NCBI GenBank assembly: GCA_963762145.1
Contig: CAVXJS010000015.1
Span: forward strand, 224,001 to 288,000
DNA from: an uncultured Candidatus Rokubacteria bacterium
GTDB taxonomy: Bacteria; Methylomirabilota; Methylomirabilia; Rokubacteriales; CSP1-6
Length of the DNA: 64,000 nucleotides
Reading direction: 5' to 3'
This document shows, in pieces, positions 19,240 through 29,461 of this stretch. The notes under the pieces were generated by a model. That model was given only the letters and a program-made list of their open reading frames with translations. It had not been told where the DNA came from and searched no databases. The position numbers were made by a program, and so were the translations under genes. Position 1 is the first letter of the stretch. Each line of letters opens with the position of its first letter.

Positions 19240-20071
19240 ATGCGCCAACGGTTACTCGTGCTGCTCGGACGCATGCGGCGGGGAGCCCCGCACGTGTTGG
19301 GCTCGGCGTCGCTTCTCATGAGCCTTTCGTGGGTGGTCGTCGGGTGCGCGAGCACCTCGCTGATACCGGAGACGCAGGCGGGGGCCATCAAGGACCGCGA
19401 CCGAGCTCTCGCGTCTCACGCCGCCGCCATCCACGCGGCCATCGGCCAATCCGGCAACCTGGGAGCCCTGGCGTTTCTCGACGCCAAGGATGGTCGCCTG
19501 GTCGTCCTGCCTGGCGACGGCCCGGCCGATGCCTGGTCGCGTTACATGGCGTCGCCGGAGGGCGAGGCAGGTCGCGCGGCGGTGCCCCCGGTGCTCACCT
19601 TCGTACATCGAGCGGACGTACCCAAGGCTCCCGAGACCGTGACCCGGAGTGCCCTGCAACAACAGCAGGCCCTGGCCGCTCTGGGAACCGAGCTCCGCGA
19701 CGCGCACCGGCGCCTCGAGGAGCAAGTGGCCATCGTACAGCGCGAGCTCGCGGCGTCGATGGCGGTGACGAAGCAGGAGGCGGCCGCACGCGCGGACATG
19801 CAGACCGCCTTGACCTCGCTCGTCCGAGGAGCTGGCGACGGTTCGTAAGTTCATGCTGCAGACGGCCCAGCTCGGCTGGCTCAATCACGAGCTGAATGTC
19901 GAGAACGCGAGCGGCATCGGGAAGGTGGCGACGGCCAGCCAGGAGCTGTCCGCCAGCTCGGAACGGCTGGAAGAGACCTTGCGACAGCTCTCGAAGAGTC
20001 TGGCCGGGCAGCTCAAGGATCTGGCGAACCGGCTCGACACCATCCAGGGCAAGGTCAGTAGCCTCAAGTGA
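19240..20071 (+). CDS. Coiled-coil lipoprotein, hypothetical (one frameshift at ~19823)
   Basis: Lipobox VVVGC; ORFs ending 19848 and starting 19853 join by removing one base (LTSL-SEELATVRKFMLQ). Confidence 0.65.
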
Positions 20072-20727
20072 GGCGGGCGATGCGCGAGAGCGGCACCGGG
20101 AGGCAATGGCTCCAGGCCCTGATGGCCTGCCTTCTGCTATCGCTGACCACGGTCCCGGACGGGCGCGCCGGCGAGTGGGAGGACATGCGTGAGAGCTACG
20201 ACAACAAGCTGAAGGCTCATGCCAAGCGGATCGCCGAGATCGAGGCAAGGGAGCGTGGGATCGCGGATCAGGAGAAGCGCGCGGAGAAGATCACGCGAGA
20301 TCGGATCTCCGGAATCAAGGGCTCCCTGAAGGGCGGCGGCGGCAAGGCCAGGAGCCTGGCCGGCACCGCCGAGCGGGCGCCCCGTGACGCGAAGGCATTG
20401 ATCGACGTGTCCAGAGAGCAGGGCGAGTATCTTGACATCGTCATGAGCGAGTGGCGAGCGGACGGGACGGAGCGGAGAAAGCTCCGCGGGTCAATCGCGA
20501 CCCTGCCGAAGAACCTCGAGCATGTCAGCGCGAACCAGGCGAGGGCGACCGAGGTTGCGGAGGCCACGAGCAGGCTCGTGCCGGAGTCAGGCCTTCCCGA
20601 GAAGGTCGGCCGGATCGAAGCCGCGGAGAAAGAGCGGACGAGATGGCTGCGCGAGCAGGCCGCGCTGGAGCGAGAGCGCCAGATGAGAGAGCGCAGCGCC
20701 GCCGAGCGCGAGCGGGGCGTGCGGTGA
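20068..20727 (+). CDS. Secreted coiled-coil hypothetical protein
   Basis: GTGA overlap; signal peptide; E/R/K-rich helical body. Confidence 0.65.
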   Translation: MRRAMRESGTGRQWLQALMACLLLSLTTVPDGRAGEWEDMRESYDNKLKAHAKRIAEIEARERGIADQEKRAEKITRDRISGIKGSLKGGGGKARSLAGTAERAPRDAKALIDVSREQGEYLDIVMSEWRADGTERRKLRGSIATLPKNLEHVSANQARATEVAEATSRLVPESGLPEKVGRIEAAEKERTRWLREQAALERERQMRERSAAERERGVR

Positions 20728-20731
20728 GGCC

Positions 20732-22639
20732 CTAGAGCGCGAGCTGGCCGCCGACGACCCGCGCGTAGTAGCCCTGCTCGGCGATGAGGTCGTCGGGGGC
20801 GCCCATCTCGGTCAGGCGGCCGTTGTCCACGACCAGGATCTTGTCGACCCGCCGGATCGTGCTGAGCCGGTGGGCGACCATCAACGTCGTGCGCCCGCGC
20901 ATCAGCGCGAAGAGGCTGGCCACGACCTGGGATTCGCTCTCCACGTCGAGCGCGCTCGTCGGCTCGTCCATCAACAAGATGGGCGCGTCCTTCAGGAACG
21001 CGCGGGCCAGGTTGATCCGCTGCTTCTCCCCGACACTCAGGCGCGCGCCCCCGTCCCCGATGACCGTTCGATAGTGCTGGGGCAGCTTCTCGATGAGCTG
21101 CGCGGCGCCGGCGGCGTGCGCGGCGGCCTCGATCTCCTCCATCGTCGCCTGGGGCTTCCCGTAGGAAATGTTCTCGGCAACGGTGGTGGGCAGGATGATC
21201 GGCTCCTGCAGGACCAGGGCGATCTGAGCTCGCAGGTCCTCCAGACGGAGATCGCGCAGGTCCACGCCTTCCAGCAGCACGGCGCCGCTCACGGGGTCGA
21301 AGAAGCGCGGCAGCAGGTTCAACAGCGTCGTCTTGCCGGCCCCGCTCGGGCCGATGATGGCCGCCGACGTGCCCGCCAGAAGCTTGAAGCTGATCTGGCG
21401 AAGCACCGGCCGCGAGCTCTCGTACCCGAAGGAGACGTCGTCGTAGGTGACATTGCCGTAGGCCGGGAGTGGCGGGCCCGGGGACCCGGCGGGCGCGCCT
21501 CCAGCGAACATGCTGTCGGCTGACGTGGGCAATCCCGCCGTCCCGTCGAGGTCCCGACCTGGGCAGACCGCCCGCGCCCCCGCACGGTCCTTCACCTCCT
21601 CGGACGTGTCCAGGATCTCGAACACCCGCCGGGTGCTCGCGCTGGCGCTGGACAGCGTGGCGCCGACATGCGAAAGCTGATGGAGCGGGTCGAAGAGCTG
21701 GGCGACGTAGGCGAGAAAAACAAGCAGCTCCCCCACCGTCAGGTTTGAGGCCAGCACCTGCTGGGCGCCCACCCACGTCACCCCGAGCGTGCACGCGCTC
21801 AGGATCACCGAGATAGAGCCCCAGTAGAAGACCTCGAGACCCTGCTGCGCCATCTTCTGCTGCCGCGCCGCTTCGGTATGCGTCATGAAGCGCACGTGCT
21901 CGTGCTGCTCGCGCGCGTGGCTCTGAATAAGTGGCAGGGCGGTAATTCCCTGATGAATGAGTGCGTAGACCTTTCCCTCCGCTTGTTGAGCGGCAGTGCC
22001 CCGCACTCGCATCGCGCGCCCAAAGACCTTGATCGACAATAACAGGATCGGCACCGCGACCAGGGCCACTGCGGCGAGGCGCAGGTTTAGCTGGACCATC
22101 GCCACTGCCATGAACAGGAGCGTGCCGGTGGCACTGATGAAGGGCAGTAGCCCTTGCAGCAACAGGGTCTGAAAGGCGCACGTGTCCGTCCCGGCCCGGA
22201 AGATGATATCTCCCGCTTCGGTCCCGTGGTGGTAGCGGAGCGAGAGCCGCTGGAGCCAACCGAAGACCTCATCGCGGACCCGTCGCAGGCCCCGCAACCC
22301 CACGCCGATCGAGAGGTACGCGTGCCCGGCACATGCGGCCGCGTGGACTAGATGAAGCGCCAGCGAGGCCGCGACGATGGCAGTCAACTGGGCGGGCTGT
22401 CCCCAGGTCCGCGCCAGATCCGGCAGCCAGGTAGGGTACGGCTTGCTCCCGAGGATGCTGTCGACCAGGAGTGCCACGGGCCAGGGCTTGAGCAGATTGA
22501 GACCTATACTGAGGAGCAACAACCCTAAGCTGAGAGCTATCCGGGCGGAGTCAGGCCGAAAGTAGCCCAGCGCTCGGAAAAACCGGCGCAAGCACCCGAC
22601 AGAGGACCTGAGATCGCGCGTCAGCTCGGCAGTTCCCAT
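20732..22639 (-). CDS. ABC exporter, fused permease/ATPase (MsbA/ABCB type)
   Basis: N-terminal TM domain; GPSGAGKTT, LSVGEKQR, LMDEPTS, AHRLST. Confidence 0.93.
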   Translation of the reverse strand: MGTAELTRDLRSSVGCLRRFFRALGYFRPDSARIALSLGLLLLSIGLNLLKPWPVALLVDSILGSKPYPTWLPDLARTWGQPAQLTAIVAASLALHLVHAAACAGHAYLSIGVGLRGLRRVRDEVFGWLQRLSLRYHHGTEAGDIIFRAGTDTCAFQTLLLQGLLPFISATGTLLFMAVAMVQLNLRLAAVALVAVPILLLSIKVFGRAMRVRGTAAQQAEGKVYALIHQGITALPLIQSHAREQHEHVRFMTHTEAARQQKMAQQGLEVFYWGSISVILSACTLGVTWVGAQQVLASNLTVGELLVFLAYVAQLFDPLHQLSHVGATLSSASASTRRVFEILDTSEEVKDRAGARAVCPGRDLDGTAGLPTSADSMFAGGAPAGSPGPPLPAYGNVTYDDVSFGYESSRPVLRQISFKLLAGTSAAIIGPSGAGKTTLLNLLPRFFDPVSGAVLLEGVDLRDLRLEDLRAQIALVLQEPIILPTTVAENISYGKPQATMEEIEAAAHAAGAAQLIEKLPQHYRTVIGDGGARLSVGEKQRINLARAFLKDAPILLMDEPTSALDVESESQVVASLFALMRGRTTLMVAHRLSTIRRVDKILVVDNGRLTEMGAPDDLIAEQGYYARVVGGQLAL

Positions 22640-22909
22640 GGAGACAATCCGCCGAGTACGCAATCCACGTGCCACCCAAGTCTCGTGAAGGTTGTCAGGC
22701 AAGCCCTTGAACCTATTCCATTCTCGCCGTCCGGAGGTCCGCTGTCCCGGTGTGAAAAGGAATGACGTGTAAATCCTACACTATCGATTGTGTAGACCCG
22801 GGGACCGCCAAGAACGCCACCAGAACAGCGTACTGAGAAGGGTTCTACTTTTGCCTCGGACCGGGGCCTTCCGCTGCCCTCCCGGTGCCCACTCCCTAGC
22901 TCCCAGACG

Positions 22910-23209
22910 CTAGGTAAGAACGCGTCGCCGCCTGTCCGATTCGGATAGCCACATACGATAGCAGTCCTCATGAACCGGCACCGTCCCGGTCCCGCGCGGC
23001 ACCGGCAAATCATACTGAATACCCTGCACGCTGATGCGGAGGCGGCATACTGCACAAGGCTTGACCGCGCCGTGTCCAAACCAGACCGGCGCGGCTTCCA
23101 GCAGCCATAGCCGCCCCTCGTCCAAGCCGTCCCTCACGAGCTGCAAAATGGACGGCTGCCGAGTCGAGTCCTCTGGGTTGCGCCGCGACCGAGGAGAGGG
23201 ATGAGGCAA
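22910..23209 (-). CDS. Small putative zinc-binding protein (CxxC...HxxC)
   Basis: KPCAVC and VHEDC motifs; GGAGGG before TTG. Confidence 0.5.
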   Translation of the reverse strand: MPHPSPRSRRNPEDSTRQPSILQLVRDGLDEGRLWLLEAAPVWFGHGAVKPCAVCRLRISVQGIQYDLPVPRGTGTVPVHEDCYRMWLSESDRRRRVLT

Positions 23210-23508
23210 GGATGCCCTCCGGGAGGGCCCTTCTGCCTCTCCTCAGAGGGCGGAGGGTGAGTATAGAGGGCGGCGGACGGGATATGCAACCGCGTTAGTC
23301 CGCTTCCCCTTCCACCACGATCAACCGCCAGCGGCCGTCAGCGTCCGGCTTTCTCGCCCACACCGCGGACACGGACACTTGGCGCGCGGCCGGCCGAGTG
23401 GTCACGTTGCAATTCGTTCCGGGAACTTTTTCACCGCGGCCCCCGCATTTCAAGGAGTGAGTTGCTCTCGCGTGCCGAGTTGGGGCCCCAAGGTCTCTTT
23501 TCATCGGA

Positions 23509-23523
23509 TGGCACGTGCCTTGC
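23509..23523 (+). promoter_or_regulatory. Putative sigma-54 promoter
   Basis: TGGCACGTGCCTTGC matches consensus TGGCACG-N4-TTGC; upstream of ORF 23592. Confidence 0.7.
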
Positions 23524-23591
23524 GACTCTCAGATTAATTCCCGTTCTGCGCGCCGCGTCTAACACATCGCACCGGATAAGGAGGAGACGAC

Positions 23592-23987
23592 ATGGGAAGG
23601 GAATTCGCCGACGTGGGACATCGAGTCGATGAACGTGGTCTGGCAACGGACATCAATCACGCCGTTACAGGCACCGGACAGGTCGGAAGGACCATTGGTG
23701 CGGAGTTCGGTGAAGCTTACCGGTTCCTCATGAGAGGCTGCGGCCGCGGCTGGCAACGGATGCAAAACCAAACTGATGAGGTCATTGGCTATGCTCGGAG
23801 GGAGCCAGTGACTGCTATGACGGCTGCGGCGAGCGTCGGGTTCCTCGTCGGTCTTGCTGCCTTGGCGCTAGGCTCACGCGCCAGCAGTGGCGGAGGGAGA
23901 GCTTGGCTGCCGCAGTTGAATTCGCGACGGAGCTTCCTCGGCAGGCGCGCCGGATCGGGTTGGCGAGGGCTCCTGGGACACTCCTAA
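23592..23987 (+). CDS. Hypothetical protein with an ElaB/DUF883-like membrane anchor
   Basis: RBS AAGGAGGAG; EVIGYARREPVTAMTAAASVGFLVG pattern. Confidence 0.6.
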   Translation: MGREFADVGHRVDERGLATDINHAVTGTGQVGRTIGAEFGEAYRFLMRGCGRGWQRMQNQTDEVIGYARREPVTAMTAAASVGFLVGLAALALGSRASSGGGRAWLPQLNSRRSFLGRRAGSGWRGLLGHS

Positions 23988-24136
23988 GTCGCGGCCGAGC
24001 GTGGCGAGGCGCTCGGCAATCGCCCGAAGGGGATGAGCCACCCTCTGGAGGCTGCCCCTTCGGGCTCTATTATCGCGTATCGCGCTAAACGCTAGCGTAA
24101 TGCCGTTGCTCACTCACGGCGTGTCTCGATAGGGCG

Positions 24137-24601
24137 CTACCCAGTGGGATGAAGCTCGCCGGGTTTGCGCATCATCTTATCGACCTCCGCGATATGCTGC
24201 TCCTCGAGCGTGATTTGCTCCCGAGCGTATTCTTCAAGCCACACGTTCTTGTCTACTACGAGCGCGAGCAGGTTGTAGTACTCGCGGAGTGTAGCGCGCT
24301 CGTGATCCAGCGCTTCACCCAGAATCTGAGTGATGTCATGTTTGTGGGACTCGACCAGTTTGCCGATGTTGAGAGAAGGATGGCCACCAAGCGACGTGAC
24401 ATGTTCGCCGGCCATGGCCGCATGGTTCATGCCTTCTGTGGCTTGGTTGCGCATCCAGCTGATGATCGGAATGCGCGCGTGGCCGAAAACCATCAGAGAA
24501 TAATGTAGATAGCGCACCACGCCAGCGAGCTCGAGCTCCAGGATGGTATTGAGACTACCGATGACTTTCTCGGAATCGATCTTGTCGCGATCACTGCGCA
24601 T
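24137..24601 (-). CDS. Bacterioferritin-like/ferritin-like protein
   Basis: RBS AAGGAGG; LNTILELELAGVVRY, EGMNHA, LGGHPS, DHERA, EEQHI four-helix bundle ligands. Confidence 0.88.
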   Translation of the reverse strand: MRSDRDKIDSEKVIGSLNTILELELAGVVRYLHYSLMVFGHARIPIISWMRNQATEGMNHAAMAGEHVTSLGGHPSLNIGKLVESHKHDITQILGEALDHERATLREYYNLLALVVDKNVWLEEYAREQITLEEQHIAEVDKMMRKPGELHPTG

Positions 24602-24872
24602 GGTGTCCTCCTTGGTCGCGGCTTCTCCCAAGAGTACCTCTCTGGCGAGCCGAGCGCACCGTTGGTTGTCAGGAGAAGCGTTTCGGGGACTCCGTGTGGT
24701 TTCACCTCCACTGGGTGAGGTGCCCAGAAGCAGGGACGCGATGATGATCCTCCGCGCTGTTGTTCTGTTCCGGAGGCACCTCGCGGGGCTTACTTGCTCT
24801 CCTCGTTGTCACTGCCGGATGCGGCACCGGCAGCCTGATCCTGTGGAACCCTCGCACCGGCCTACGCAATGG

Positions 24873-25469
<597 letters not shown>

Positions 25470-25846
25470 CCCGACGCCCTCAAGTCCCCCAAGGACTTGC
25501 GGTGACGAGGGTTGCAAGGCGCGGCAAACCGGGGCAGCAGACGCAACCCAGGCGCAACCGCCATCCGTGGATTCCTCGGCACCCCTCCCCCACCCGCCAA
25601 CCGATCGAGGCGCGCCGGAGTCACCCCCTGAACACGGGCTGGTGCATTGGCTACCTTGCCCTCGTCTCCTCACCCTCCCAAAGATCCCCAACCGAATCCA
25701 ACCCGGGCTGACGGGATCTGCTGAGCAGGATGGGTCGCCGATTTGCCGTGGATAGGATCAGATCGTCGCACCCCGGAGAACATGACCCCATTTCGCCGCC
25801 AAGACCCGGCAAAAGATGACGGCTAAACAACGGTTCCCGGCCGTCC

Positions 25847-25875
25847 TTGACCCCTCTAGTTCCCCAGACTAAGCT
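25847..25875 (+). promoter_or_regulatory. Putative sigma-70 promoter of the cyclase gene
   Basis: TTGACC-17 nt-TAAGCT, 52 nt before ATG. Confidence 0.5.
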
Positions 25876-25927
25876 CGCCGCACCTGTCCGACCGTTTGCG
25901 GCTCGGCTCGCAGGGAGGCGCTCCAGC

Positions 25928-28900
25928 ATGAAGTGTCCCCGCTGCCAGCACGAGAACGAAGCGGGCGCGAAGTTCTGCGAGGAGTGCGCCACGCCGCTGG
26001 CTCGGGCATGCGCCAAGTGCGGTCGAAAACTGTCGCCAACAGCGAAGTTCTGCCCTGAGTGTGCGCACGCAACCGGCTTACCTGCCGCGCCGCCACCGGC
26101 TCAGCGATTCGACTCCCCGGAGTCCTACACCCCCAAGCACCTGGCCGAGAAGATCCTCACCTCGAAAGCGGCCCTGGAAGGCGAGCGCAAGCAAGTCACG
26201 GTCCTCTTCGCCGACCTCAAGGGGTCGATGGAACTACTCGCCGACCGCGACCCAGAGGAAGCGCGGAAGTTACTCGACCCCGTGCTCGAACGGATGATGG
26301 AGGCCGTTCACCGCTACGAGGGCACGGTCAACCAGGTCATGGGTGACGGGATCATGGCCCTCTTCGGAGCACCCCTTGCCCACGAGGACCACGCCGTACG
26401 CGCATGCTATGCGGCCCTCGATATGCAAGCGGCGATTGGCCGAGATGCGGAACGCGTCCGGCGCTCCCACGGAATCTCGATCGAGATCCGCGTCGGGTTG
26501 AACTCCGGCGAGGTCGTGGTCCGTGCGATCGGCAGCGATCTACACATGGACTACACCGCCGTTGGCCAGACCACCCATCTGGCTGCCAGGATGGAGCAAC
26601 TTGCGACTGGCAGCAGAAGTCTCCTTACCGCCGGCACCTTGCGGCTCGCGGAGGGCTACGTCGAGGCAAAGCCCCTGGGGCCAGTTCCCGTGAAAGGGCT
26701 CGACGCTCCCGTCGAAGTCTTCGAGCTGACGGGCGCGGGTCCTCTTCGATCACGCCTGCGGGTGGCGGCGGCGCGCGGGCTCACCAAGTTCGTCGGGCGC
26801 GACACGGAGTTCGAGCAGCTGCGACGGGCGCTCAGCCGTACGGCGTCTGGCCACGGCCAAGTCGTCGCGATGGTCGGCGAGCCAGGCGTGGGCAAGTCGC
26901 GGTTGGTGTGGGAGTTGACGCATTTTCACCAGACGCACGGCTGGCTGATCGTGCAAGGGGGCTCCGTTTCATACGGGAAAGCGACGCCGTATCTGCCTGT
27001 CATCGACCTGCTGAAGGGCTACTTCCAGATCGCGGACCAGGACGACCACCGAAGGATTCACGAAAAGGTGCTTGGGAAGCTGCTGACCCTCGACGAGGGG
27101 CTCCGTCCCGTGCTGCCCGCGGTGCTGGCATTGCTCGACGTGCCGGTCGAGGAGGCCGAGTGGCTGGGGCTCGATCCACCTCAGCGTCGGCAGCGCACGC
27201 TGGATGCGGTCAAGCGGGTGGTCCTCCGGGAGAGTCAACTCCAGCCGCTGCTGATGGTGTTCGAGGATCTCCACTGGATCGATTCCGAGACGCAGGCGTT
27301 GCTTGATGGTCTGGTGGAGAGCATCCCAGCGGCGCGCCTGCTCTTGCTCGTGAACTATCGGCCCGAGTATCGACATGAGTGGGGGAGCAAGACGTACTAC
27401 ACGCAACTGCGGTTGGACCCGCTGCCGCCGGAGAGTGCGGAGGCGCTCCTTGACGCGCTGCTCGGACTAGACCCGACCTTCGGTGATGTGCGGCGACTAC
27501 TCACCGCGCGGACGCAGGGGAATCCGTTCTTCCTGGAAGAGAGCGTGCGCAGCCTGGTCGAGACTGGTGCACTCGTTGGGGATCGTGGCGCCTACCATCT
27601 CAGTCGATCCGTCTCGACGATCGAGATCCCGGCGACGGTCCAGGCGGTTCTCGCCGCCCGGATCGACCGGCTGCCCGAGGAGGAGAAGAACCTCCTCCAG
27701 ACCGCCGCGGTGGTTGGGAGGGACGTATCCTTCGGCGTTCTCGAGGCCATCGTCGACCGCCCGATCAAGGACCTGCGTCCCGGTCTCGCGTCTCTCCAGG
27801 CTGCCGAATTCCTGTACGAGGCCAGCACGTCGCCCGACCTCGAGTACACCTTCAAGCACGCCTTGACGCAGGAGGTCGCGTATCAATCGCTTTTGAAGGA
27901 GAGTCGCGCCCGACGGCACGAAGATATCGCGCAGGTCCTGGAGCAGCGGTTCCCCAGCCTCGCGGAGACCCGCCCGGACCTTCTCGCCCATCACTACACC
28001 GAGGCGGGACTAGGTGCGCGCGCCATTCCATACTGGCACCGAGCCGGGCAGCGGGCGAGCGAGCGCTCCGCCCACCTCGAGGCGATCGCGCACCTGACGA
28101 GGGGGCTCGAGCTGGTCGCGATCCTTCCAGCGGGAACGGAGCACATCCCGCAGGAACTCGAGCTTCAGGCCGCGCTCGCGGTGTCGTTGATGGCAACCCA
28201 GGGCTTCGCGGCCCCGGAGGTCGGTCGCGCATACGCCCGGCTGCGGGAGCTGTGCGGGTATGCGGGCGAGACGGCGCAGGTCGGCGATGCCGTTGCCGGG
28301 CTCTGCGTCTATCACATCGTGCGGGCGGAGTTTGTCCCTGCTCGTGAGCTCGGGGAGGAGCTCCTCCGCCTGGGTCAACGGGTCCTGGACCCGGAGCTCC
28401 TGCTGCTCGCTCACAACGCACTCATGGGCGTACTGTTTCGGATGGGTGAGTTCGCAGGGTCGCTCGACCACGCGGAGCAGGGCGTCGCCCTCCACGACTC
28501 GGGCCAGCATCGCGCTCACGCAGTCCGTCATGGCTTCGATCCAGGCACGAACCTCCGGGCCGGAGGCGCCTGGACGCTGTGGATGCTCGGCTACCCGGAC
28601 CGGGCGTTGCGGTGGGCCTCGGAGGCGGTCGTGCTCGCCCGTGAGCTTGGACACCAGCACACCCTCGCGCAAACTCTCTATTACGCGGCCCGGCTCCACC
28701 AGTTCCGCCGAGACCCGCACGCCGTGGCCGAGCACGCGGAGGCTTGCGTGGCGATCTCAGTCGAGCATGGGTTCTCGTTCTGGCGGGCCGACGGGGAAAA
28801 GCTTCTGGGCTGGGCCCTGGCGAGGCAGGGACGGCACACGGAAGGGCTCGCTCATATCCGTGAGGGCCTGAGCGCATACCGGGCGACCGGCGCTCTGACT

Positions 28901-29305
28901 GGGGTGCCGTATGACCTCGCGCTGCTCGCCGAGGTCTGTGGCCAGGCGGGGTTGGTCGAGGAGGGCTTCGCCGCGCTCGGCGAGGCACTGGCGATCCTTG
29001 ATCGCACCGGCGAGCGGAACTATGAGGCCGAACTGCGTCGTCTTGAGGGGGAGCTGCACCTGAAGCGCGAGGAACCCACAGAAGAAGCCGAGTCCTGCTT
29101 CCGGCAAGCCCTCGACATCGCCCGCCGCCAGGGCGCACGATCCCTCGAACTGCGAACGGCGTCGAGCCTTGCCCGGCTTCTCGCGGGGCGGGATCGGCGT
29201 GGCGAGGCTCGGACAACGCTTGGCGATGTCTATGGGCGATTTACTGAAGGTTTTGACACCGCTGATCTGAGAGCCGCCGAAACCTTGCTCAAGGAACTTC
29301 TGTGA
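25928..29305 (+). CDS. Double zinc ribbon + class III adenylate/guanylate cyclase + AAA (STAND-like) ATPase + TPR protein
   Basis: CPRC/CEEC/CAKC/CPEC; GERKQVTVLFADLKGS, MGDGIMALFG; GEPGVGKS, FEDLHW; C-terminal TPR-like helices ending FTEGFDTADL. Confidence 0.93.
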   Translation: MKCPRCQHENEAGAKFCEECATPLARACAKCGRKLSPTAKFCPECAHATGLPAAPPPAQRFDSPESYTPKHLAEKILTSKAALEGERKQVTVLFADLKGSMELLADRDPEEARKLLDPVLERMMEAVHRYEGTVNQVMGDGIMALFGAPLAHEDHAVRACYAALDMQAAIGRDAERVRRSHGISIEIRVGLNSGEVVVRAIGSDLHMDYTAVGQTTHLAARMEQLATGSRSLLTAGTLRLAEGYVEAKPLGPVPVKGLDAPVEVFELTGAGPLRSRLRVAAARGLTKFVGRDTEFEQLRRALSRTASGHGQVVAMVGEPGVGKSRLVWELTHFHQTHGWLIVQGGSVSYGKATPYLPVIDLLKGYFQIADQDDHRRIHEKVLGKLLTLDEGLRPVLPAVLALLDVPVEEAEWLGLDPPQRRQRTLDAVKRVVLRESQLQPLLMVFEDLHWIDSETQALLDGLVESIPAARLLLLVNYRPEYRHEWGSKTYYTQLRLDPLPPESAEALLDALLGLDPTFGDVRRLLTARTQGNPFFLEESVRSLVETGALVGDRGAYHLSRSVSTIEIPATVQAVLAARIDRLPEEEKNLLQTAAVVGRDVSFGVLEAIVDRPIKDLRPGLASLQAAEFLYEASTSPDLEYTFKHALTQEVAYQSLLKESRARRHEDIAQVLEQRFPSLAETRPDLLAHHYTEAGLGARAIPYWHRAGQRASERSAHLEAIAHLTRGLELVAILPAGTEHIPQELELQAALAVSLMATQGFAAPEVGRAYARLRELCGYAGETAQVGDAVAGLCVYHIVRAEFVPARELGEELLRLGQRVLDPELLLLAHNALMGVLFRMGEFAGSLDHAEQGVALHDSGQHRAHAVRHGFDPGTNLRAGGAWTLWMLGYPDRALRWASEAVVLARELGHQHTLAQTLYYAARLHQFRRDPHAVAEHAEACVAISVEHGFSFWRADGEKLLGWALARQGRHTEGLAHIREGLSAYRATGALTGVPYDLALLAEVCGQAGLVEEGFAALGEALAILDRTGERNYEAELRRLEGELHLKREEPTEEAESCFRQALDIARRQGARSLELRTASSLARLLAGRDRRGEARTTLGDVYGRFTEGFDTADLRAAETLLKELL

Positions 29306-29419
29306 CAATCCGGTCTGGGAGAGATGGGCGCGTCGCGTCGGCGTCGGCCTGCACGACGAGATGGCGCGGATACGGGCTTCGGCATCGCGTCCTGGTCCAT
29401 CTGAACCGGTCCGCAGACC

Positions 29420-29461
29420 CCGCCGTCCCTCCTGCAGCGGGCGAATCAGGTGATCGCGTGA
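29420..29461 (+). repeat. Orphan 42-bp substrate-binding-protein gene tail (PPSLLQRANQVIA*)
   Basis: ccgccgtccctcctgcagcgggcgaatcaggtgatcgcgtga; its TGA overlaps the GTG start of the next gene. Confidence 0.85.
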
